The notes under the pieces were generated by a model that saw only the letters and a program-made list of their open reading frames with translations, was not told the origin of the DNA and did not search any database. From contig NC_043000.1 of assembly GCF_006345805.1 (NCBI RefSeq), positions 36,704,001-36,768,000 of the forward strand: a stretch of 64,000 bases of DNA. The letters are read 5' to 3'. Source of the DNA: Octopus sinensis. Lineage: Eukaryota. The translations under genes were made by a program, and so were the position numbers. Below are positions 13,346 through 26,171 of the stretch, piece after piece (positions within the stretch are counted from its first letter, which is position 1; each line of letters starts with the position of its first letter).

Positions 13346-14434
13346 TTGAAACCATTTTAGTATGTTTTATGCCTCGATTAATAATAGCAATTTTCTAACA
13401 AACATGGAATACAATTCACAGTACGTTTCTCTCTCATTCTTATCTCCTCAGTGAAGTCTTCCGTATACTTCTCGAAGAGGCGAAGAACGCATCATTGCAT
13501 ACACGATTGACGTACTACCAAATCATGCCCAGAGTTCTCTTCCGTTTCCTGGGAAAACTGAAATATTGGTCGTTGATTACTATATTCTCGACGTGATCAT
13601 ATTTTTAGATAACTTTTTCGTGCCACATAAACTCCGTTGACATCAACGATACTAAACTAGTAAAAGTGTCGCTTAAAACCGTGGGTCACTTGGAAGTATG
13701 TCACGTGTTTTTACAAAGAGCTTCGATGTCTGTCATCGCGAGCAGATGTAGACATCCTCTCTGTCTTTCTGCCATTAGCAAGCTAATCATTCTGGATGAA
13801 ATAACAGGAGCAAGAGAGCAACACGAGTGCTCAGTTGAGTGTTTTTAGTTGAGACGACTAGAGCATTATAAAATGAAACGCTGGCTTGCTGAGGGACATA
13901 ACATGAAACTGGGAGCGACTATCGATCTCAAGACCTAATGGTAATCGATCCAATACTTGAACCACTGGGCTACGCTCATTTGTATATGTTTGTACTAAAT
14001 TGCGTTTCTTATTATTTCCTTTTCAGAATGGACGGTATCAGATTACCGCAAAGCATTCGTAATTACAGATAGCTATTGCTAGTATGAAAATGACGTATAT
14101 ATTCGTTTTCAACACAGTCGAGCAGGTTCGAACATCGACAGGCTTAATCGCTGCTGTATTTCGTCATTGGAGAACTTCTCCCATCAGACAGATGTGTGTC
14201 CATAGCAGACTCGATTCACTGGAGTGAGGGGACTATAAACCACCGCGGTGTTTCGACTTGGTTGTTATCTGCAAAAAATAAACAACAGACAACGATGTAT
14301 TCACCTTTAAATATAGCGTAACGTATTAAGAATAAGATAATGCAAATTATTGGTTTTGGTTTCCGTGCATATAACGATTTATCATCGAGTTGGCAGAGAT
14401 CAGCTATGCATCAGTAAATAATTTGCTTGCTAAT

Positions 14435-14795
14435 TTGTAGATGCTTCCCAACCACATGTTTCTCGGTTGACTTCCGCTGCCTGACACTTTCGGCAAGTGT
14501 CTCGGGTCAACCAAAGCCTTTTGAGTGGGTTTGGTTGACGGAAACTAAAAGAACCCTGTCGTGCGTACATATTTGTATTTTTGTAACTGTGTTTGTCACA
14601 CCCACCCACCGCTTGATAACCGGTGTCAGTGTGTTTATGTCCCCGTAAATTAGCAGTTGGGTAAAAGATTCCGATATAATAAGTATCAGACTTCAAAAAA
14701 GTAAGTACTGTGGTTGATTCGTTCGATTAAAATTCCTTCAAGAACGTGCACCAGCATGGCCGCAGTCAAGTGACTGAAACTAGAAAAAGAGAAAA
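14435..14795 (+). mobile_element. SINE family A (CORE-like, OR2-type)
   Basis: cttcccaaccacatg...ggcaagtgtc...cagcatggccgcagtcaagtgactgaaac. Confidence 0.8.
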
Positions 14796-15550
14796 CAAGG
14801 GGCACAATTCTTGTTACGATTCACTGATCTGTGCAGAGCTTTGACTGAAGAGATACAACCAACACGAAACGCCAGTGTCTCAAAATTTCATATCAATGAA
14901 TTGAAAGTTATTAACACATTTGTCTGAAAGCTGTTCTACGTCGACGAAATACGGCAGCAATTTGAATATTAAAGTTGAAATCTGCCGGAACATATTCAGA
15001 ATAAATATGTGCGCCATTGTTTTGATTCTCGCTGTTAGGTGGGTGACTTGTTGGTGTGTACCATATGTTTGGTAATTGTATACAGTAGTAGCGAGCAGAC
15101 CTAGATCTCTCGGCTTCTCTTTCAATAAACCAATACAGGGTTTTAGAGCTGATATTAATTACTCCACAACACCTATAAATATTAAATACTTAGTTGCAAT
15201 CACAGTAATTAAATTAATTGCATTGTATTGATTTTAATTATGGAAAGATTCGAGAGAAATGAGACCAAATATGGAAGATAAGTTGTTGACCCTAGGTTAG
15301 CGCTGATTAAGCAGATACGTGATCAAAGATGTTCCAGTTACGATAATTTAAGTTTTATTTAAAGATGTTAAAGTGTAATTTTATGGACATTTGTTTCCTA
15401 TTTCTAGGAAGTCGAGCAACTACAAAGACGACCGACATCATAAAGATCAAAGAAATATGGTTAAGAGAGAGGGAAATAAAGAAAATAGATAACTGTTTAA
15501 CGGTAATGAAGGAGAACGGAGAATGAAACATCAGAAAAATGTTACCCATA

Positions 15551-16325
15551 GTCGCAGGCGTTGCTGTGTGGTAAGAAGCTTGCTTCCAGCTTCATGATCC
15601 CGGGTTAAGTCTCACTGCGTGGGTCCATGAGCAAAATGTCTCCTTCAATAGCCTCGAGCCGATGAAAGCCTTGTGAGTGGATTTTGCAGACACAAACTAA
15701 ATGAAGCCCGTCGTGTGTATGTGTTTATAGTGGAGGCGCAATGGCCCAGTGGTTACGGCAGCAGACTCGCTGTCGTAGGATCGCAGTTTCGATTCCCAGA
15801 CCGGGCATTGTGAGTGTTTATTGAGGGAAAAACACCAAAGGCTCCACGAGGCTCCGGCAGGGGTGGAGTGAACCCTGCTATATTCTTTCATCACAACTTT
15901 CTCTCACCCTTTCTTCCTGTTCCTATTGTACCTGTATTTCAAAGGATCTAGCCTTGTCACACTCTGTGCCACGCTGAATCTCCCCGAGAACTACGTTAAG
16001 GGTACACGTGTCTGTGGAGTGCTCATCCACCTGCATGTTAATTTCACGAGCAAGCTGCTCCGTTGATTGGATCAACTCGAACCCTCGTCGTCGTAACCGA
16101 CGGAGTGCCACATGTATATATATATATAATGAGTTTGTTTGTCCCCTGTTAAACTGCTTGAAAATCGGTGTTGGTGTGTTTACCTCTTTGAAACGTAGCA
16201 GTTCGTCAAGATAGAATAAATGTCAGATTAAAAAAAAGGTAGCTGGAGTTAGTTGTTCAACTAAAAATTCGCAAAGGTTGTGCTCCAGCATGGCCACAGT
16301 CAAGTGACTGAAACGAGTAAAAGAA
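15551..16325 (+). mobile_element. SINE family A interrupted by a family C SINE
   Basis: Head at 15551-15729 and tail at 16113-16325 flank the insertion. Confidence 0.8.
15730..16112 (+). mobile_element. SINE family C (tRNA-derived, OR1-type), full length
   Basis: A box tggcccagtgg, B box gtttcgattccc, 3' end cgtaaccgacggagtgcca; second copy at 49309. Confidence 0.85.
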
Positions 16326-16559
16326 CAGTGAAATGTAACTGCACATAGCAGTCTTTGACCATTTTCCATCCAAGGAGTTTGAGTCCAGTATCCTATATGC
16401 TATTATTTATAGCTTTATGTACTTCGAGTTTCACCGCTAAAATAATCCATTTCGTTTGTTTACATTTTTATTTACATTTAGAATCGTACATCAAGATTCT
16501 AGCTTTTGATATCACAAAGAATGATTGACATCTCTAGAGATATGCAGAGAGAGATATTC

Positions 16560-16970
16560 ATGGCAAACGAATATAATCTTGAAAGAGAAATTATTCTTAA
16601 GACATATATAAACATTGACGCTGCTTTTATATCAATTCCTTTATCTGCAATCAGTGATAATTTGTCAGTGTCTTCAGAGAAGTGACTCTATATCAGACCA
16701 AATCTATCAACTAGAAGTAAATAGTAATTCCTCTCTGTAAGAATATCTGGCAATGAATTCGCTTCTGAAGCTACGTTACTGGAATTCTTGAAGCTTTTCA
16801 CCTTCTGTATATTTTTTATAAGCGGTAATAACAATGTTGAAGCTTGAGGTACAATTATCAGTACTATGGGGTTGAGTTGTCGCACCCTTAGAACCTGTGC
16901 GATTCCAGAAAGATCAAACCAGGTTGGGTAACCATTATCTCGTTCCACAAGTATTTGATTTACTCTTACT
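16560..16970 (-). pseudogene. Highly decayed non-LTR RT-like fragment
   Basis: NGYPTWFDLSGIAQV..QLNPIVLII loosely resembles the RT motif NG.T..F....GV.QG..LSP.LF; weak similarity only. Confidence 0.3.
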
Positions 16971-16971
16971 C

Positions 16972-17478
16972 TTTTACTTGTTTTAGACATTTGACTGCGG
17001 CCATGCTGGAGCACCGCCTTTAGTCGAGCAAATCAACTCCCAGGACATATTCTTTGTAAGCCTAGTACTTATTCTATCGGTCTCTTTTGCCGAACCGCTA
17101 TATTACGGGAACGTAAACACACCAGCATCGGTTGTCAAGCAATGCTAGAGGGACAAACACAGACACACAAACATATATATATTTTTTTCCGACCAGTCCA
17201 TCAGATGTAGTTACACATCGCTGGTCACATTGCTTTCGCATTGTTTTAGCCTTCGAATGACGCCACCCCGCTGGCTAAGCGAGCAGGCCAATATATATAT
17301 ATATATATAATATATATATATATATACGACAGGCTTCTTTCAGTTTCTGTCTACCAAATCCACTCACAAGGCATTGGTCGGCCCGGGGCTATAGCAGAAG
17401 ACACTTGCCCAAGATGCCACGCTGTGGGACTGAACCCGGAACCATGTGGTTGGTTAGCAAGCTACTTACTACACAGCC
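16972..17478 (-). mobile_element. SINE family A, near full length, with a ~110-bp insert in its internal (TA)n
   Basis: rc of the consensus seen at 50856; foreign sequence at 17185-17290. Confidence 0.85.
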
Positions 17479-17846
17479 AGTCCTGATTTGGTCATTTAGA
17501 AAGAGGCGATCGATTTAAGTTATTCGTAAAGCTCTGTCTTAAAATCGATGGATTGCGAAGTACCATTGGTTTCATATTTTTTTGTCGTGAACAGCAGCGG
17601 TTCATTGGTCAAATTAAATGGTTAACCATCACACCCATCCACATCGCTCATACGGTGCTACAGAAATAACCTGTTACCTTTCTTATTTTACCTTTCGCTT
17701 GTTTTAATCATTAGACTGCAGCCATACGCGGGGCACCATCTTCAGACAATTCTAGTCGGACGGATTGACTCCAGCACTTTTTCCTTTCCGAGCTTGGTAC
17801 TTATTCTATCCCTTTTGCCAAACTACTAAGCTTCGTAGTAGCTTAA

Positions 17847-18345
17847 CCCATTAATTGCCAATTTTTTAATTCATATTTTTTAGCTTTGCCTGGTGCCTTT
17901 GGAGTTAAAATTATATATAGTTTTTAAATTTTCTTCATCTGTACATTATTTTGGAAATTATAAGTTTTTCGAAAAAATCCCAAATGGGTATTGATGAAAA
18001 AAAGCATATCTATCCTTCTTTATTCAATTGCAATAATAGATTTAAAAAAAAAACTATAGTATCTAATGTGAATGTGTATGAAATATCAATGAATGATGGA
18101 AATGGGGAAAAAATAGTTTCAAAACAGTCAATATTTTTGTAGTTAAAAAATTGCGATTTATGACATGCAGTGTCCTCTAGAATTAGCCAGAGCTAATATT
18201 GACAAACTTTAACAACTAAATATTGTTAAACACACTTCTACAAATCCAACGATGTACATAAGCAATTCACTTTAAATACAACGAACAACCAGCAGTGAGA
18301 CTGTTTTTAGCAGATCCCTAAATGGGGCTCATGGCAGGCAATGGG
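17847..18345. mobile_element. piggyBac-type MITE, 499 bp
   Basis: TTAA TSD on both sides (17843-17846, 18346-18349); TIR cccattaattgcca / rc cccattgcctgcca. Confidence 0.8.
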
Positions 18346-18567
18346 TTAATCTTCAGATGTGGTTTATTTAGTATGCAACATTTTACAGGGGGCGGTAAAA
18401 AAACTCACGTTTTAGATTGAAAAAGGTTGCAACAGCAAACACACGGTGTGCAACCGGTCAGGACATAGTGGCAACTGAAAAATAACGACGAAACATTAAA
18501 AGCAATTACAGCATGGAAGACGTAGACAGGCCTGTCAAAAGGACAGTCTAATAACTTCATATTCTTG

Positions 18568-18910
18568 TAGTCTTTTACTTATTTCAGTCGCTTGAATGCG
18601 ACCATGCTGGAGCACCACCTTTCGTCGATCAAATCGACCCCAGGATTTATTTAAGCCTGGTGCTTATTCTGTCGGTATCTTTTGCTGAGCCGCTAAGTTA
18701 CGGAGACGTAAACACACCAGCATCGGTTGTCAAGCGATGTTGGGGGACAAATACAGACAGATAAACACACACACACACACATACACACATATATATACAA
18801 TGGGTTTCTTTCAGTTTCCGTCTACCAAATCCACTCAGGCTTTAGTCGGCCCAAGGTTATAGTAGAAAACACTTGCCCAAGGTGCCAGTCAGGGGGACTG
18901 AACACGGAAC
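18568..18910 (-). mobile_element. SINE family A
   Basis: gaccatgctggagcacc...ggactgaac. Confidence 0.8.
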
Positions 18911-19069
18911 AGAGTGGTTGATACATTATTTGGTATAAAAGTTTTCGTCTCTCCAACTGTGACCTAGTCACTAAAGATTGCACTGTAACTATTAGTAGCC
19001 AGGTCACAATTAGTGCAACGAAAATTTCGAACGCAAATAATGTTTGTATAGAGTGAGAAGTTAATTATC

Positions 19070-19360
19070 CTTTATTTGTTTCAGTTAATAGACCGTGGCC
19101 ATGCGGGTGCATCGCAACCAAATCGAACCCAGAACTTATTTTATTTAGCCTGATACTTGTTTTATCCGTTTCTTTTGTCGAACCGCTACGTTAGGTGGAC
19201 GTAAGCACACCAACAACGGTTGTCCAGCGGTTATAGGGGACATACACAAATACAAATACACATATAAATATATATATATACATATACATAAATATAAGAG
19301 GGAATTTTCTTTTTAACCACTATGTGGAAACCCTTCTGCTAGACGAAGATCCACTATGGT

Positions 19361-19404
<44 letters not shown>

Positions 19405-19530
19405 TATATACACATACATACAGAGAGGCGCAGGCGTGGCTGTGTGGTAAGAAACTTACTTCCCAACTACATGGTTCCGGCCAAAGCCCTGTGAGTAAAT
19501 TTGGTAGACGGAAACTGAAAGACGCACGTC

Positions 19531-19582
<52 letters not shown>

Positions 19583-19690
19583 GATGAGCTTCTTTCAATT
19601 TCCTTTTACTATAGTCTCAATCCGACCAAAGCATCATGAGAAGATTTGGTAGAAGACAACTACCCGAATTATCACGCTGTGGCATTGAAC
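19070..19690. mobile_element. Cluster of SINE family A fragments in both orientations, with (TA)n
   Basis: Minus tail 19070-19270, plus head 19423-19533, minus head 19585-19690. Confidence 0.7.
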
Positions 19691-20581
19691 TGTTTTGTGC
19701 ATTTTTGATTGGCTAATTGTGTCTTGCACACTATAAAGAGACTACCTTCAACACCGTCCCAGATCAAGTCACTTACGAGGCCAGTAAATGTCCAGAATTA
19801 ACGATATGAATACACAATTGCCATTAACTTTACGTGTACCAAACCTATAACTGTGTAAAAAAGGGGTGGTTCCTGCCGTATCCTACACATCAGCTGTGGA
19901 GGACTTGGTATTTCACCGAATAATCTACTGACAGTGTTTTGAAATCTCCATGCATTTTATCGTAACGATATCTGCAATTCTGTTCTCAAGGACATCAAAA
20001 TTCTCATATAACTCGATGCAGTTACTTGTAGATAAATCATTTTTAGTGGTTAGCTATAAGAATAACTGAGAATTGTTGAGTGTTTCTTCAACTTGCATAC
20101 TGAGTTAAGTTCTCTCATAAATTATTCTTAACATAAAAAAAACGAATTTTACCAAACTAGATCGCCCTAAATCCATTCCATAACGCCATTAGATGCTTCA
20201 TCGAACCAGAAGCATATCGACGGACGTGAAATGCGCGCGCGGTATTTGAATTATAAACTCAAGCATTTTAAGTTTATATCCACTCCAGCCGATTCTTAGA
20301 GAAGGTCATTTGTATTGTACACTCATGATAATTAACCAGCTGAGTGGAGAATAAGTTATAGGTACACCAAAAACGAATTTATAGTGAATGGGGTATTATT
20401 TTCTATTTCTTCATCATAAAACCGGAAATAACAGCACATTAATTGTAAAGGAAAATTACTCTGTTCGTCATATTAACACACACAATATATGCGAGAATAA
20501 ACACGCGTATAATATACACTTGCTAAAGACAAAACAGAATCATTGAAAACAATATACATACCTTTAAAACTTATGTGCGTG

Positions 20582-20619
<38 letters not shown>

Positions 20620-20709
20620 ATATATATAAATATATATACACACATACATTTTCGAGTTCAGTGACTTTTCGTTACTGGAAAAAGGATATATATATTTAAA
20701 TTGGGAACC

Positions 20710-20950
20710 ACTTTGCATCGATAACCAGTGATTGTCACACGCTGATGACAGGTCAATACCTAGAAACTCGGGTTCATGTGTATCACGTCGGGTTGGAGAT
20801 GGGAAGGATGGATTCCCTTTGCAAATAATGATAGGGTACAGAAAGTGTCAATAGCCAGCTGGAGGAGGTGTCTTCCTGGGGCTACAAACTACAGTAGCAT
20901 CCACCCTTAAGGGTTAGCCACATTTAAGTGGCAAATATACTTCACGACAT
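20710..20950 (+). mobile_element. Short HHR-bearing repeat, family B, copy 1
   Basis: ~240 bp alignable with the rc of 41890-42130. Confidence 0.85.
20736..20780 (+). ncRNA. Type-I hammerhead motif, slightly decayed
   Basis: cacacg CTGATGA c AGGT caat ACCT a GAAA ctcggg T T catgtg. Confidence 0.6.
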
Positions 20951-20966
20951 GTAAATATAAATAAAT

Positions 20967-21000
<34 letters not shown>

Positions 21001-21429
21001 AATTAGCGATAAAATCACTATTATGCAACTCAAACAGTGATAGACACAAACCAATACATAAATAACCAATATATATATATTATTTTTTTAAAATATATAA
21101 CTTATAACTAGATCTCAAAAAGTATAAAATGAATGATAAATATATAATATAATATGTAAAAATACCACGTACGTTTCATGGCTATAATATAATATATATA
21201 TAATCTGCAAATTCTGTAATATCTACTCAAATACTATTTGTTTTGTGCTGACTTTTACAGGAAATCAGCAACAAACACCAAAATCACTGATCCCTGAAGA
21301 TGAGGCCACGAATGTCTAGAAATTTGATAGATTTTAGGAAACTTTTCTAAATAATCTGCAAGGAACGCAAACGTAAATACAATAAAAATTTAATACAGAA
21401 TATAAATCTCGATAAAACTACATTTTTCT

Positions 21430-21995
21430 TTTACATCTACTTCAGTCATAAGGTCACAGCCATGCTGGATCACCAACCTGACTTTTAGGCAAACGAATCT
21501 ACGCTCATACTTATTTTTATTAATCCTGGTACTTATTCTGTTGGTCTCTTTGTGTCATAATAGCTAAGTAATGGGAATGTAAACACACCAGCGCCGGTTG
21601 TCACGCGGTAGTCTCCCTCTCTCTCACACACACACACAACGGGCTTCTTTCAGTTCCGTCAACAAAATGCATATATTGTGTGTGTGAGAGAGAGAGAAAG
21701 AAAGAGACTGTGTGCGTGTTATACGATACATCGCTGGCAACTGTCGTTTATCATAACCACGGGACGAGTGAATTTAGTGGACAGAAACTGAAAAAAGGCC
21801 GTCGAATGTTTTTTTTCTTAATTTGCCTCCCACTACTCCTCAATCGATGTTGGTTTGTTTACGTTCCGTAACTTAGCGGTTCGGCTAAAGTAACCGATAG
21901 AATGAGTACCATACTTAAAATAGGAATTGGTAGCGATCCGACAAACCCTTTCAGGGCAGTGCCACAATTTGGCTGCAGTTTAATGAGACTGAAGT
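21430..21995. mobile_element. Two SINE family A fragments (minus 21430-21665, plus 21765-21995)
   Basis: gccatgctgga and cttagcggttcggc diagnostic segments. Confidence 0.7.
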
Positions 21996-22290
21996 AATTA
22001 AAAGTTAAAGAATTCTATATTCATGCATTTTAGATCACTTCCTGGAACCGATTGCCTTACCGTACTTGTGCTCTTCGTGAGGCCAGACCAGCAACATCTT
22101 TCATCGGAGAAGTACAGACATTTTGTATTGGTCAACGGGGGCGATTTCGTATACCTCAAGAATTTGTGCTGTCGTCCTTCATTCTCCATATTAAGCTTAG
22201 CGACTAAAACAGCGAAGATAGAACGATGCTGGAGATATTTAAATGTGGTTTTGGATTGATGAGAAAATTTGTTATCTGATTCGTCATTCG

Positions 22291-22305
22291 ATTGGTCACG
22301 TGACC
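22291..22305. promoter_or_regulatory. Palindromic E-box (ggtcacgtgacc) fused to a CCAAT box
   Basis: Perfect 12-bp palindrome with overlapping attgg in a CpG-richer, repeat-poor patch. Confidence 0.35.
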
Positions 22306-23481
22306 GACGCTGTGACTATTGATATTGTTGCTCATATGATTGTTCTCTTTTCTTTATTTCTTTCTCTCATTGTCTCTCTGTCACTGTTTCACGCTCATTT
22401 TTTAACCAATGTCAAGTCTCACTTGATATATACTTCTATGGGTGTCCCCATGGGTTTGAATGAGCGCTTGTTTTTATGAATACATTGGTATTTACGCATT
22501 CGTACATGTGTGTGTGTGGGTGTATAAACGTACAAATAGGCAGGTATACAGATATTGATTCTAGCTAGATATATATTTCGATGAAGATCTTGCATGACGT
22601 AATAAGATGTCTAAATATTTCTCGAAGCGCGCACACGCATTCTCTCTTCCTCTCACACACACAGAAATACAAACGAATTCTTAGAAATGTTCATTTATCA
22701 ACCACAGTAATGCTACCCGTCACTCCACCGTGTTTTACCTACCCCCGCCGTCCTTATAATGCTTGCATGCTCTTCTTTCTTGCCCATCGTAGAGGAGCTA
22801 CTGTCTAGCTGCTAACACAAATAATCAATCAGTCTATGAGTAAAGAATACAAACCAACCAACCAACAAATAGATAGAAAAACAAACAATAATGGTTTATT
22901 TATCAGGAGAAGAAGATTAATGTCAGCTCTTCACATTAATCATTAAGGCCTATTTCTCTCTCTCTCAATAAAAACGTCTACCAACGTCCAAGTAATAAAT
23001 TGACTAATAATGCCTACAGAATCTTTGGCTTTAATTCTCAGCTTTATAGAAATTTATTTTCCAATTTTTCTTTTTTTACTTAGTTTTACAATGTGTATTT
23101 TTAAAAATATTCCAATGCTTTTTGTTTTTTGTCTAAATTTACTTTATCACTTTTAAAGAAAAGAAATGGAAGCACTATTACGCAATTTTTTGATTATTTT
23201 TTTTCTTTCGGATTATTTCTTTTTCTTCTTCGTGTTCAATCTCTGTTTCTGCTATCACCTTGAACAACGTGTATTTCCGTCCTTTTACTTGGTAATCCAG
23301 ACAAGCGGTTACTTGCTACTGATGCAGCACCTCACCCCCACCCCTTGTCATGAGATCTGAAAACGGATGATATGTCACTTTGGTTTAACATTGCTTAAAG
23401 ATATATCTAAAGTCTACCGTTTAACTCTGATATCTATAATTGCTTTGACATTGCCTTGAATTTTATTTTAAGTCTGCAGTT

Positions 23482-23516
<35 letters not shown>

Positions 23517-24554
23517 CTAGATATTTTATGTCTGAAATAAACGTCCTGTCCTATATAACGGCTGTTGCTTTTTACGATCTTTTGTTGTACCAATGTTTCT
23601 AATTATGTTATTTAGTCACTCTTAAAAATCTCGTCTTTCATCAAAGAAAAATATAAGCAACATGTCCTTCATTTTTGTATGCTGTGTTGTGTTCTGTTGG
23701 GCATTGGCAACTATTTCTAGCGGGTCAAGTAACCACATATATTGCCTTCTTTGTTTGTTGCGTCTTTCCGGGCGAAAAAGTTTGAATCCAACCACTTTTA
23801 AGCGTTCTCAAAACGACTTTTAACTATGAAAGTAAAAAAAAAATGTTTTGGTTTCTGAACGTGTCAATGTAAAAGCTCCAGCTGGCCATTCGTTAAGGGA
23901 ATTGATCATATCTTCCAATAAACACCTAGTTAAAATGTAAGAGTTATTTTGGTGTGAACATTCAGATAAAAAAAATTTTTTTCTTAGATTCTAATTAATT
24001 CAAATTGGTGAATTGATTCACATTTGAGAGCAACACAACTGTAAACAACGACATCAAAGATCAATAATTCTGTACTGATTAACCTCAAGCCTTTATTCTT
24101 AAACCGTCAAACTGTCTCAACATATTTGTTCATTATGTCTTGAAAAGCCGAGCTGAGGAGCGTTAAGTATTAAGCTTTCAGTCCTTCATCTCAATGAGTG
24201 TCATGTTAATTTTCTCCTGTTTTTCGTTGTGTGTGTGTGTGTGTGTGTGTGTGTATTTACTTCTCTGCTCACAGCTGTCTCTGACGGGGAGAGCACAATC
24301 TCCGTTATTCTCCAACCATTTTTAATCCTTTATTTTCGTTTTACAGGATTGTTGACCTAAACAAAAGTTCGCACGGATCATTCTGTCATTATTGATCCAT
24401 TTTAAGCAAACAATCCCAACCCCCAAATCTACACCACATCCGTTTAATAATGGAATGGTAATCAGCATTTGAAAAGAAAAGGAGCTTCTATGTGGACACT
24501 TGACCTGCTAGAAATAACAAGCCATAATCCACATTCTGAAAGATCATAATCCAC

Positions 24555-24900
24555 ACTTGCAACCATGTGGTTTCAGGTTCAGTCCCACTGCGTAGCACCT
24601 TACACAATTGTCTTCTACTATAGCTCCGGGCAGACTTATGCCTTATGAGAGAATTTGGCAGATGGAAACTGTGTGGAAGCCCATCTTATACGTATTTGTG
24701 TCTGAGTTTGTCACCACTACGCCGCTCGACGCCGGTGTTGGTTTGTTGCGTTCCCGTAAACTGACGGTTTGGCAAAAGGGACTGATAGAGTAAGTGTCAC
24801 ACTGAGAATAAGTATCGGGGTCAATTCGATTTATTCAATTACACCCCTCAAGCGATGCTCTAGCATGGCCAGAGTCCAATTACTAAAATAAGCAAAAGAA
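24555..24900 (+). mobile_element. SINE family A
   Basis: aaccatgtggtttcaggttcagtcccactgcg...agcatggccagagtcc. Confidence 0.8.
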
Positions 24901-25089
24901 AAATGACAACATAATGCTATAGCCATCGAAGCAGTTGGGTTGGTCGCGGCTGGAATGGGCTTGATTATAGGGTTTTTCTATCTGGAGCTAAACAGCAGCA
25001 TCATAAATAAAACCAATATAAATTAAGAGTAGTAGGTTTTAGCCAGGTTCCTTTATTCCTCAAAAACAGGAACCATTCTATAGAATGTA

Positions 25090-25390
25090 AATCTAGAGCG
25101 TATACTATAGAGCTACACACTACCACATTAACTACGTCTATACACAACAACACTGACTGCATTTTACGCTACTGCACTCTACACTACAACATTAACTTTC
25201 GCATTCTACAGGGACTCCACTTCTACACTGCTGCATTGACCACTTCTACACTTAGACATTACTGCATCGGCTCTTCTCACTACTGCAATCATTGCACTTA
25301 ATCCCCACTGCATTCACTAAACTCATATACACTTCTCTTGACTACACTTAGACTGTACTGTCTTTCCTGCACTTATACACTGTTACAATC
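25090..25390. repeat. Degenerate ACTAC/ACTGC-type short-period repeat
   Basis: Recurrent ctacact, actgca and acactt; very few G on the + strand outside ctgc. Confidence 0.6.
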
Positions 25391-25627
25391 TATTTGGAAC
25401 CAAAGACGATTCCACCCCGTCATTCAATCGCTAGAATTTCTATCAAAATCTCTCTCCAGCAAATTTTGATGTTTTGAAAATAAAGGAATATTTCAATCAC
25501 AAATCTTTGCAAAATATAGCGAATGGTCACGGCTGGAGTATCTTTTATTACTGATCCGTACTTGGCTAGCAGTTACCTGTTGGTAAGAAACATCAGCTAC
25601 TGTATGTCACGATAAATCAAATATACT

Positions 25628-25968
25628 GTATTATTTTTATTTCGGGATGGTCATTTTATTATTTTTTTTTGCTAAATAAACACACGCACTGTATATTTTT
25701 CTTCACTCGTTTATTACTGGTCTTCTTTATTTTATGTCCATTGCCCGGACATCATTCGTCACACATCTGTGACCTCTTCAGCAACACTTTTCGTTTCCGT
25801 CTGTGTTCTTGCTCCACTTACTCCATTTGGTCCTTCCGGACAATGGACATAAAATAAATAAGACTAGTAATACACGAGTGAAGAAAAATATATAGTGCGT
25901 TAGTTTATTTGACAAAAGAACAAAACCAAAAATACAGATAAATAAATTTACCTTCCCAAAATACAACA
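25628..25968. mobile_element. Inverted repeat (core arms ~80 bp, 25671-25749 / 25834-25912) enclosing an HHR-like motif
   Basis: Arms about 88% identical by eye; both ORF-track frames give near-identical peptides on opposite strands. Confidence 0.8.
25742..25787 (-). ncRNA. Decayed type-I hammerhead motif
   Basis: gtgttg CTGAAGA g GTCACA gatg TGTGAC GAAT gatg TC cggg; A15.1 and stem III are mutated, stem I is weak. Confidence 0.45.
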
Positions 25969-26171
25969 ATATCTGTTTCAACACACGACTTCACATCAGG
26001 AATCTTTCAAAGCGAATTGATAAACGCAACAGACATACTGTAATATCAAAGAGCTATGATAATTCAAATTTCAATGTCTAAAGTCACCGATTCAATACTT
26101 CAGAATATTGGATTCTATATTGAGGCAGTGGAATGGAATAAATGCTACCGTGATTAGCTCAAATAAACCAT

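Noticed and set aside
19760-20110. Possible Penelope GIY-YIG C-terminal remnant (minus strand)
   Set aside because: Similarity too weak to support without a profile search.
21289-21335. CTGAAGA...GAAA hammerhead-like string
   Set aside because: Stem II is plausible (aggc/gtct) but stems I and III do not pair convincingly; at best a heavily decayed relic.
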